Shown here piece after piece: positions 19,122-27,259 of a DNA stretch of 64,000 bases. The notes under the pieces were generated by a model. That model was not told the DNA's origin, made no database searches, and worked only from the letters and a program-made list of their open reading frames with translations. The stretch spans positions 68,015 to 132,014 of the forward strand of contig DOJW01000004.1 in the NCBI GenBank assembly GCA_003511165.1. The letters run 5' to 3'. Numbering within the stretch: position 1 is the first letter of the stretch; every line of letters begins with the position of its first letter. The translations under genes and the position numbers were made by a program. The stretch is from Candidatus Babelota bacterium (GTDB lineage: Bacteria > Babelota > Babeliae > Babelales > UBA12411).

Positions 19122-20528
19122 ATGAATAAAATTTTCAAAATTCTTATTTGCTGTTCTTTAATAGCTTTTAACTCTAAAAATTTATTATGCGCAATATGCC
19201 AAGTTGAAGCACAATACAACTCAATAAGACAAAATTATATAAAACAAAATCACCCAAATATTCCAATGATAGGTATTGCTTGCAGCGGGGGTGGAAACAG
19301 AGCAGCCATTTCAACCCTAGGATTTATTTTGGGCGCAAAGAGAATAGGCATTCTCGATACAACTAGTTATTTTACAGCGCTATCTGGATCAACATGGTCA
19401 TTGTGTTATCTCCTAGCAAACAAAACGTCATCCGACATGGATTCATTGACCAAAATAAAAAATAATTTAAAACAAAATTTGCAACATTCATTTATAGATG
19501 ATGACATCTTAAATGATATTTTTTCAGAAAAAATTCGCGCAATTGACACTTGGGGTAAACTTATCGCAAACCAAGTATTTCACACGAACAAAGAACTATC
19601 CAATACAAAATATTCACAACTATTACCACAAGACCCAACATCCTTTCCATTTCCTATCTGCACCGCAGCTCTCAATCTATCAAAATATACATCTATCTTT
19701 TGTTTACCTTGGTTTCACAAAAACTTTTATGAAATGGCGGATGTTTCTCCATGCTGCATCTGGAGTGATTTTTTAAACTGCGGATGTTCTATGGATAATT
19801 TAGAAAAATCACTAGAAAAAGAATTTTCGCATCCACACAATATAGACTTTTTTATGGCGCTATTTGGAAGTGCTTACAGTGTAAACCCAACAGATGTCGT
19901 TAAATTTTTAAAAGAAAAAGTTAATAGCAAAATCAAAAAAGAACAAAAAACTTTATCAACCATCTGGAAAGAGGTTGTTAACTCTGTAAACTATGGCAGC
20001 GTTATGCCTCCACTAATTCCAAACTTTGGTAAAGGACAAAATAATTATTTATCCAAAGAAGATTATTTGTTAATCAAGGACGGAGGATTTATATCTAATA
20101 TACCTCTAATACCTCTTATAAGAAGATCTTGCCAAATAATTTTTATCTGCGATTCATCAGATGGTTGCACTGATGGAAAATTTACCGAACTGCAAAAAGT
20201 CGCAAGGTATTTGAAAAAAAATTATATCCAATTCACATCTTTAAAAAAGCCACAATCTTTTACAAAAAAATCTAATAATTTAAATGTTGCAACAACAATG
20301 AAAATCTTTTATGGAGAAAAAGCCTCACAACAGGTTCCATATGGAAAACCAACAATACTGTATTTTTATAACAAAGCAAAAAAAACAAACGGTGATGTAT
20401 TCCAAACAACAAAATTTAAATATAAAGAAGAACAATTTGAAATCGTAGAAAAATACATGGAAGAATCATTAGTTTTATTTTCGGATGAAATTTGGAAAAT
20501 AATTAATAATCCATACAAAAAAATTTAA
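19122..20528 (+). CDS. Secreted cPLA2/lysophospholipase-type (PLA2_B/patatin-superfamily) phospholipase
   Basis: Signal-like N-terminus. Oxyanion motif CSGGGNRAA, nucleophile elbow ALSGSTWSL about 30 aa later, and a downstream catalytic Asp motif LIKDGGFISNIP. The spacing matches the eukaryotic cPLA2 GGGFR / GLSGSTW / D-x-G pattern. Confidence 0.7.
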   Translation: MNKIFKILICCSLIAFNSKNLLCAICQVEAQYNSIRQNYIKQNHPNIPMIGIACSGGGNRAAISTLGFILGAKRIGILDTTSYFTALSGSTWSLCYLLANKTSSDMDSLTKIKNNLKQNLQHSFIDDDILNDIFSEKIRAIDTWGKLIANQVFHTNKELSNTKYSQLLPQDPTSFPFPICTAALNLSKYTSIFCLPWFHKNFYEMADVSPCCIWSDFLNCGCSMDNLEKSLEKEFSHPHNIDFFMALFGSAYSVNPTDVVKFLKEKVNSKIKKEQKTLSTIWKEVVNSVNYGSVMPPLIPNFGKGQNNYLSKEDYLLIKDGGFISNIPLIPLIRRSCQIIFICDSSDGCTDGKFTELQKVARYLKKNYIQFTSLKKPQSFTKKSNNLNVATTMKIFYGEKASQQVPYGKPTILYFYNKAKKTNGDVFQTTKFKYKEEQFEIVEKYMEESLVLFSDEIWKIINNPYKKI

Positions 20529-20668
20529 AAAATATTTTATTTTCATCTTTTAAAACTAGTTAAAAATATTAGCTAAAGAGTATATTTTCTTGCCAATCTA
20601 CAATTGACTGATATTTTTATATATATTCGAAAAAGTATTATTCTAATTTTTAGTAAAAAAGGAATGTA

Positions 20669-22114
20669 ATGAAGACTTCTCTCAAAACTAAAATAAAACT
20701 TATTCCGCTAATTTTATCGTTATTTATTTTTAATAAAGATACTTTTGCAACTGCTCCAGCAGCAATTTATCATGATCCCGCTATCTTCCATGAAATCGCA
20801 GGTCATATACCTTACATCGAGAAATACAGCGATAAAAAAAAGGGACAGTCCCCGCATGTCGATAATAAAAAGGAACAGGTCTGTAGCATCGATATTTTGC
20901 CATATTATCAACACGCATCTGGCGCAAAAAACGGATCCGGCTCCAAAGTGCCTTGCGGCGATCGAAATGGTCGTTGGAATATGATCGGATTACTCCAAGG
21001 TTATCAAGCATCTCCAAATCACTCCTTAAATGATGGATCACATCCAACAATGTACGATGCGTTAACAAACCTTGTTCCTCCAGCAACTTCCAAAAGTTTT
21101 GTAGAACCTACTTTTACAGATACGTCTGGAAACTTGGGTTATTTTTCAATCCCACTGCAACATGAAAAATTTGGAATTCGAGGAAAACTTCAAATAAAAT
21201 TCAGCAAATTCGCCTTCACAATCCGTGGAGGATTAACAAACTATAAACAAACACCAACATTTAATGATATGACCTTTAATGTTTCCGCTGACGGATCCTA
21301 CAGTTCTTATGGCTATACCTATTCAGATATGATGGTAACAGATACTTATTTGATGGTTGATAGCAAGCGAAATCAAATCATGGATGAAATAGGTTTAAAC
21401 ATTAATAAAGTAAACAAAACAACACTAGAAGATACACATATTGAATTAAGTTATTACGACGCGTTTGGAATGGACGATGAAAATGGTCACAGTGCTGTGA
21501 TAGTCAAACCATTTCTTGCTATAGGAATGTGGCTACCTTCAGGATCCAAAAAGGATCAAGACATGGCCTTTTCAATTCCAACAGGAAATGATGGATTTAT
21601 GGGTTACACAGCCGAAGGCGCAATCAACTTTGACTTCCCAGAAACAATTATGGTTAGTGTTGGGGGTGGCGTAACATTCTTCGGACATAAAACTATCGGA
21701 AATTATAGAATGCCATCCGCAGGAGATACGCAAATCTCACCTAACTCTACTCAACTTGGCATTTTCCCTTGGAAAACAACTGTAAGGAAACGGCTCGGAA
21801 CTGCATGGAAATTTAATACTGGTTTTTCCTCACACTATTTCCTAGATAAACTTTCGATGTATTTTAACTACATTTATTCCCGAAAAGAACAAGATACCAT
21901 CCAATTAAATGAATCAGATGCTACAAAAGCTGCGGCATTTAGACCTGTTCAAGCCGAAAAAGAATCCGAATGGACTAGCCAAATGATAAACTTTGGAATG
22001 GACTATGATATAACACCGGAGCTTGCATTCGGAGGCGCAATTCAATTTCCAATTACAGGCAATAGAATATTAAGAACTCTAACCTTAATGGGCGGTTTTA
22101 GATTCTCTTTTTAA
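20669..22114 (+). CDS. Outer-membrane beta-barrel protein (porin/MOMP-like)
   Basis: Signal peptide ending FATA. Alternating amphipathic beta-strand patterns run throughout. The C-terminal OMP signature GGFRFSF ends in Phe. GC content is higher than the surroundings, as expected for a highly expressed gene. Confidence 0.7.
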   Translation: MKTSLKTKIKLIPLILSLFIFNKDTFATAPAAIYHDPAIFHEIAGHIPYIEKYSDKKKGQSPHVDNKKEQVCSIDILPYYQHASGAKNGSGSKVPCGDRNGRWNMIGLLQGYQASPNHSLNDGSHPTMYDALTNLVPPATSKSFVEPTFTDTSGNLGYFSIPLQHEKFGIRGKLQIKFSKFAFTIRGGLTNYKQTPTFNDMTFNVSADGSYSSYGYTYSDMMVTDTYLMVDSKRNQIMDEIGLNINKVNKTTLEDTHIELSYYDAFGMDDENGHSAVIVKPFLAIGMWLPSGSKKDQDMAFSIPTGNDGFMGYTAEGAINFDFPETIMVSVGGGVTFFGHKTIGNYRMPSAGDTQISPNSTQLGIFPWKTTVRKRLGTAWKFNTGFSSHYFLDKLSMYFNYIYSRKEQDTIQLNESDATKAAAFRPVQAEKESEWTSQMINFGMDYDITPELAFGGAIQFPITGNRILRTLTLMGGFRFSF

Positions 22115-22139
22115 AAAAAAGACGGTTTTGGGATATTTT

Positions 22140-22169
22140 TTGACAAAATATAGGTTTTACCCTATAAAT
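22140..22169 (+). promoter_or_regulatory. Sigma70-type promoter of rpsU
   Basis: TTGACA (22140-22145), a 17-nt spacer, then TATAAAT (22163-22169), about 60 nt upstream of the rpsU ATG. Confidence 0.55.
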
Positions 22170-22227
22170 TAAACATTGAATTAATAAATTTTTTATAATC
22201 ACTTTCCTTAGAAAGAGGTAGATTTTA

Positions 22228-22431
22228 ATGTCAAAATCTTTTAACATCGCAATAAAAGTAGACGGAAACATCGAAAGAGCTCTCAAACAATTAAAGAAAA
22301 GAATTGAACGAGAAGGTGTAGTTCGAGATATGAAACGACAAGTTTATTTTGAACCACAAACACAAAAAAGAAGAAAACGTCTCATGAGAGCTATCAAAAA
22401 TAATCTCATTAAGGCTGCGTTAAACGATTAA
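22228..22431 (+). CDS. rpsU: 30S ribosomal protein S21
   Basis: IERALKQLKKRIEREGVVRDMKRQVYFEPQTQKRRKR is typical of S21. Confidence 0.9.
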   Translation: MSKSFNIAIKVDGNIERALKQLKKRIEREGVVRDMKRQVYFEPQTQKRRKRLMRAIKNNLIKAALND

Positions 22432-22436
22432 ATCAA

Positions 22437-22820
22437 ATGCACAATAAAAATTTGAGTGTGATAAAAAAAGAACGACGAAAATCGTTTTTTTTGCGCGAGC
22501 TTTCAAACCTTATCTTTACAATTTCACAAAATGAGCCGCTCCTAATTTCTATTAGACCTTCAAGAGTAGAGTTTTCTGAAGGAGAAGGAATGTGTTTTGT
22601 GTATTTTGAAGCACCGTCAAAAGAAGTCTTTGATAATGCTTTAAAAGTTTTAACATTATATAAACCCTCAGTGCGAAAAGCGTTATCAAAATCTAGACAA
22701 TCTCGCTTCACACCAGATTTACTTTTTAAGTATGACGAGATATTGGAGAAGAGTAGAAAAATTGAAGAACTTTTAGATAAAGCAAAACAAGCAGATAGTA
22801 AATTGCAAAACGACAAATAA
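22437..22820 (+). CDS. rbfA: Ribosome-binding factor A
   Basis: RRKSFFLRELSNLI, VEFSEGEGMCFVYF and RFTPDLLFKYDEILEKSRKIEELL match the RbfA KH-like pattern (..P.L.F.YD...). Confidence 0.65.
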   Translation: MHNKNLSVIKKERRKSFFLRELSNLIFTISQNEPLLISIRPSRVEFSEGEGMCFVYFEAPSKEVFDNALKVLTLYKPSVRKALSKSRQSRFTPDLLFKYDEILEKSRKIEELLDKAKQADSKLQNDK

Positions 22821-22853
22821 AATAAATAGATTTAAAATTCAAAGAAAAATATC

Positions 22854-23882
22854 GTGCAAAACATCTCTTTATCCAAAAAAAATTCTAAAAAAAACGCTTT
22901 AATTTCTCCACTAATACTTGAAGAAATCAAAAACGATATTATTTTCGTACTAAAAGAAGAATCGCTTGCCATCGCAAATGTTGCAAACAATTTTCCACAA
23001 GAAGCGGTAAATTTAACAGAAAAAATATTGTGCTGCAATGGACGAGTAGTTTTCAGCGGAATGGGAAAATCGGGATTGATAGGACGAAAAATAGTCGCTA
23101 CATTTGCAAGTCTTGGCATTCCTTCCACTTTTATTCATCCCGCAGACGCACTGCATGGCGATCTTGGAATGTTACAATCTTCCGACCTTTTCATAGCTTT
23201 ATCCAAAAGCGGTAGCGGTGTCGAACTCGAACAAGTTTTACAAGTGTTATCATCACAAGGAAATGATACAGCCCTAATCTGCTGTTCTAGCGGCTCACTT
23301 TCAAATCATTCCGGTTTAGTTGTTCAACTTCCATTTGCACGAGAAGCTTGTGAGATGAATTTAGCACCTACAAGCAGTTCTACAATTATGCTTGCATTTG
23401 GTGATGCACTTGCAGTGGCAACAAGTAAAATAAAAGGTTTTACAAAAAATGATTTCGCAAAGTTTCATCCTGGCGGATCGCTTGGCAAAAATCTTCTTCT
23501 TAAAGTTAAATCGCTCATGCATCCCGATTCAAATTTACCATTCATCGCAAAAGATGCGCCTTTTCAAAATTTTATTTTAACAATCACCAAAAAAAAGCTT
23601 GGAGTTGGGATCGTCGTTGATGATCACAAAAATCTACTTGGGATAATAACTGATGGAGATTTACGACGCGCATGCGAACTTGGAAATTTAGTTTTTGAAA
23701 AAAAAGCATTTGAAATTATGACGCCATTCCCCAAAACTATTTCTCCGGATGAGCTTGCATACGACGCTTTGATCAAAATGGAAAATATTAATATCACAAG
23801 CTTAGTTGTTGTCGAAAATCAAAAAAAAGTAATCGGATTGATTCATATTCACGATCTTCTAAAAGCTGGAATTAAAAAATAA
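22854..23882 (+). CDS. kdsD: Arabinose-5-phosphate isomerase (KdsD/KpsF; SIS + tandem CBS)
   Basis: GRVVFSGMGKSGLIGRKIVATFASLGIPSTFIHPADALHGDLGM, and a C-terminal CBS pair (GIITDGDLRR, GLIHIHDLL). The start is GTG. Confidence 0.85.
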   Translation: MQNISLSKKNSKKNALISPLILEEIKNDIIFVLKEESLAIANVANNFPQEAVNLTEKILCCNGRVVFSGMGKSGLIGRKIVATFASLGIPSTFIHPADALHGDLGMLQSSDLFIALSKSGSGVELEQVLQVLSSQGNDTALICCSSGSLSNHSGLVVQLPFAREACEMNLAPTSSSTIMLAFGDALAVATSKIKGFTKNDFAKFHPGGSLGKNLLLKVKSLMHPDSNLPFIAKDAPFQNFILTITKKKLGVGIVVDDHKNLLGIITDGDLRRACELGNLVFEKKAFEIMTPFPKTISPDELAYDALIKMENINITSLVVVENQKKVIGLIHIHDLLKAGIKK

Positions 23883-23883
23883 A

Positions 23884-24684
23884 ATGTTTTTTTTCATTTT
23901 TTTAATTTTAATTTTTCTTTGTATTGGCTCTTTTATTAACATGCTCGCATTTCGAATCGCATTTGATAAATCAATCCTCAAAGCACGTTCATTTTGCCCT
24001 AATTGTGAAAATATAATCACTTGGTATGATAATATTCCTCTAATTTCTTGGATCTTTCTTAGAGGCAAGTGTCGTAACTGCAAAAAAAATATTTCTCCGC
24101 TTTACCCTTTCATCGAAGCTTTAACAACCACAGTTTTACTTTTAGTTTTTATAAAATTTTTTGGTATTTCATTATTTTTTGAATCTTCAAATTTTGTATT
24201 TGCAATTCAATCTATAAAATCATTTTTTGCATACTCTATATTTTTTGGAGCGCTAATCGCAGCAACAAGAACAGACCTTGAAGCGCTCATTATTCCACAA
24301 TGCTTCACCCTTTGGCTTGTACCTGTCGGATTTATTTTTTCATTTTTTAACTTTTTAGAAATATCTTTTTTAGAAAGTTTAATTGGAGCAACATCTGGAT
24401 ATTTAATTTTGTTTTTAACCGCAAAAATTTTCAAATTTTTCACAGGCAAAAATGGACTTGGAATAGGCGATGCAGAGATGCTTGCGCTTATAGGTTCATT
24501 TCTAGGAATTTTTGGAGTTTGGACTACTTTGATGATTAGTTCAACAATAGGACTCCTAATTGGCGTTTGTTATCTATTGTTTACAAAGCAAGGAAAAAAT
24601 ACACCAATTCCATTTGGTCCATTTCTTGCACTTGGTGCATTAATTCATTTTTTATTAGGTCAATATTTTAATTTTTTAATTTAA
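23884..24684 (+). CDS. pilD: Type IV prepilin leader peptidase / N-methyltransferase (A24 family)
   Basis: The Zn-finger CPNC..CRNC is followed by WYDNIPLISW. The catalytic Asp regions are GIGDAEMLALIGSFLG and PFGPFLALG. Confidence 0.85.
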   Translation: MFFFIFLILIFLCIGSFINMLAFRIAFDKSILKARSFCPNCENIITWYDNIPLISWIFLRGKCRNCKKNISPLYPFIEALTTTVLLLVFIKFFGISLFFESSNFVFAIQSIKSFFAYSIFFGALIAATRTDLEALIIPQCFTLWLVPVGFIFSFFNFLEISFLESLIGATSGYLILFLTAKIFKFFTGKNGLGIGDAEMLALIGSFLGIFGVWTTLMISSTIGLLIGVCYLLFTKQGKNTPIPFGPFLALGALIHFLLGQYFNFLI

Positions 24685-24703
24685 AAACTAAGGAAATATT
24701 TTT

Positions 24704-25405
24704 ATGAAAAAAATATCATTATTATTTAGCTTATTTACATTAACAATCGCTAGTCAAATTCATTGCGTTGGAGATTTTTATACAATATCAGAGAATGATG
24801 GAAGCCCTACAAATCGCATGTGTTACATAAACCCTGATAATCCAAATACTTTAGTAGAATTTAAAGATTTATGTTTAGAAATATATGAATCTACTTTTTT
24901 TGAACCAACACTAAGGATTTCACGTCTCCCTCACACTAACTATACAACAGCACAAAAAATAAGTATTGATTTAGAACAATTTTTAAGCGTTGAACATGCA
25001 CGCACAAACTATGGAAATTTGAACATATTAGAAGAAATTGCCTTTGTTAACAACCCAGATACCACCCCTAAATCAAGGCCAATAAACGTTACTCACCAAA
25101 TTAACAATGTTGAATTAAGAAATGGTAATTCTATACTGTTAGTTACTCTTTCACCAATCGCGCAAGAAAGGGCCTCAATTTTATTAATATTTGAAAAACA
25201 TCCAGTAGATCAATTTTTTTATTTAGAAAAACAAATAAACATTCTAAATGATGAAGCAACAATTCAAGGTGTAAACTTCTTAACTGATCAAAATATTTTG
25301 AGAATTGCTTGTAAGATCAGGGAACAAAGCTACCATTTTAATATTCCAATGTTTTTTCCTAAAACATTAGATCTTCAAGATATCCCATTATCAGATGATG
25401 TATAA
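24704..25405 (+). CDS. Hypothetical secreted protein
   Basis: Signal-like MKKISLLFSLFTLTIASQIHC and an AAGGAAA RBS. No recognisable motif. Confidence 0.55.
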   Translation: MKKISLLFSLFTLTIASQIHCVGDFYTISENDGSPTNRMCYINPDNPNTLVEFKDLCLEIYESTFFEPTLRISRLPHTNYTTAQKISIDLEQFLSVEHARTNYGNLNILEEIAFVNNPDTTPKSRPINVTHQINNVELRNGNSILLVTLSPIAQERASILLIFEKHPVDQFFYLEKQINILNDEATIQGVNFLTDQNILRIACKIREQSYHFNIPMFFPKTLDLQDIPLSDDV

Positions 25406-25438
25406 AAAATAAAAGAAACAAAATCACAAACTAACAGA

Positions 25439-25469
25439 AGCCTCGGAAATTTAATAAATTTCCGAGGCT
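25439..25469 (+). terminator. Rho-independent terminator hairpin
   Basis: The palindrome agcctcggaaattt-aat-aaatttccgaggct is followed by attttatt. It overlaps the last codons and stop of convergent mnmA. Confidence 0.65.
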
Positions 25470-26520
25470 ATTTTATTACTCCACCACCCAAACAAATTTC
25501 ACCATCATAAAATGTTGCAAACTGACCTGATGCAATTCCTTGATCTTTTTGTGATAAAATAACTTCTGCCAAATTTGCATTAATGAAATTTAAAGAACAC
25601 TGCTTTGGAATCGAGCGGTGACGCACTTTTACAAGCAAATCTTTTTTGCTTGGATTTTTTCCTTCAAACCAATTAAATTTTTCAACTTCGAAAGAAAGTC
25701 GCAAATCATCAATTTGTTCATAATGGTTTGAAACATAAATAATATTTTGAGCAGGCTCTTTTGCAACCACATACCATGGTCCCGCAGAAAGACAAATACC
25801 TTGTCTCTGCCCAATTGTGTAGAACCAATGGCCTTTATGATGACCCAGCAGTTTATTTGTACCAAATTCTAAAATATTACCCTCTTTTTCACCAAGGTGA
25901 TGCGCTAGGAAATCGCGAAAATCGAATTTGCCCAAAAAACATATTCCTTGGCTATCCTTCCTTGCTTTGGTTGGCAAGTTAAATCGCTCTGCAAGAGAAC
26001 GAACTTCACTTTTTTCAAGATGACCTATGGGAAAAATCGCTTTGGATAGTTGAGTTTGAGATAAATTACATAAAAAATATGTTTGATCTTTAATTTGATC
26101 AGGCGATCGCTTTAGAAAATATTTTCCATCAATTTCTTCGATTTGTGCGTAATGCCCAGTTGCGACTTTGTCAAAATCTTTACCGATTTTGTCGTAGAAA
26201 ATACCAAACTTAATATGCTGATTACACAAAACATCAGGATTTGGAGTTCTACCAGCAGCAACTTCTGCTATAGTATAAGCAACGACTTTTTCATGGTATT
26301 CTTTTTGCATAGAAACAACTTGCAATGGAACGTTTAACATTTGGCAAAGATCAGTAACATACTGTAAATCTTCTTCCCAAGGACAACTTCCAAGATATGA
26401 AAGCTCATCCTCAAGCCAAATCTTTAAATAAAATGCGGTTAAGTCATGTCCTTGATCTTTTAAAAGCTTTAAGACAACGGAACTATCGACCCCACCGGAA
26501 ACAAGAACTGCAATTTTCAT
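25468..26520 (-). CDS. mnmA: tRNA 2-thiouridine(34) synthase MnmA
   Basis: PP-loop KIAVLVSGGVDSSV, plus NPDVLCN, ATGHYA and DQTYFL. The ATG at 26520 (MKIAVLV) is preferred over the extended start at 26553. Confidence 0.9.
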   Translation of the reverse strand: MKIAVLVSGGVDSSVVLKLLKDQGHDLTAFYLKIWLEDELSYLGSCPWEEDLQYVTDLCQMLNVPLQVVSMQKEYHEKVVAYTIAEVAAGRTPNPDVLCNQHIKFGIFYDKIGKDFDKVATGHYAQIEEIDGKYFLKRSPDQIKDQTYFLCNLSQTQLSKAIFPIGHLEKSEVRSLAERFNLPTKARKDSQGICFLGKFDFRDFLAHHLGEKEGNILEFGTNKLLGHHKGHWFYTIGQRQGICLSAGPWYVVAKEPAQNIIYVSNHYEQIDDLRLSFEVEKFNWFEGKNPSKKDLLVKVRHRSIPKQCSLNFINANLAEVILSQKDQGIASGQFATFYDGEICLGGGVIK

Positions 26521-26668
26521 TTTTATAACTTTTTTAAATTTGTAGCAAAACATAGAAACAACGATTTTATAGTGTAATCTAAATGAAAATATTTTAAAAA
26601 TGCCGCAAATTAATTTGACACGTATAAAAATTGACTATACTCTGACATTACTTTCGAAATTAATACGT

Positions 26669-26745
<77 letters not shown>

Positions 26746-26875
26746 AATTTCTCTAAAAAAATCCTTCACTTTCTTAAAATCAAACCCCAAAATCAATTAT
26801 TCACCGCGATTCATTTCTCAAAAATTTCGAAAAAATCAAAGAAAATCAGCAAAATCTGTTCTAATAAATTTAAAA

Positions 26876-27140
26876 TAACGCGAACTTGATAATTAAATAT
26901 TTTTTAGTGATGCAGCAAAATGTCCTATTTTGTCATCCTTGCGAAAGCTAGGATCCATCAGCGAATTTCAAAATAAAATAGAGTATATAAAGTGTTAAAA
27001 TAATTTATGAAAGTAAATTAATTCATTATTAGCTTATCAAAATAAGTTGGGAAAGTATGGATCCTAGCTTTCGCAAGGATGACGAAAAAGGGTATAAATT
27101 CACCGCTTTTTAATGTTTTTTAATTATCGAACTCACGTTA
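26876..27140. repeat. Long imperfect palindrome (foldback/MITE-like) with a perfect 27-bp GC-rich inner inverted repeat
   Basis: Inner arms 26932-26958 gtcatccttgcgaaagctaggatccat and 27057-27083 atggatcctagctttcgcaaggatgac are perfect reverse complements, separated by 98 bp of AT-rich spacer. Outer arms 26876-26896 taacgcgaacttgataattaa and 27119-27140 match about 18 of 22. The inter-arm segments are equal in length (35 nt each). Confidence 0.85.
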
Positions 27141-27259
27141 AAATACATCAAAAACACCCAATTTCGGCACCCCCCCTGTTGCAATTATAATTTATTAAGC
27201 TATGATTGTTTATACTATAAATTCAATTAGCGTATAAATATAAAGAAATGGAGTTATTT

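Noticed and set aside
20720-21086. Three overlapping small ORFs (64-101 aa, both strands) at the 5' part of the OMP gene.
   Set aside because: They are nested in the 481-aa OMP ORF, which has a signal peptide, beta-barrel periodicity and a C-terminal Phe signature. The small ORFs lack RBSs and motifs.
22433-22816. A 127-aa minus-strand ORF that mirrors the plus-strand 22437-22820 ORF almost exactly.
   Set aside because: The plus-strand product has the RbfA pattern (RFTPDLLFKYD etc.) and sits in the rpsU operon orientation. The antisense translation is low-complexity (S/F/K-rich) with no motif.
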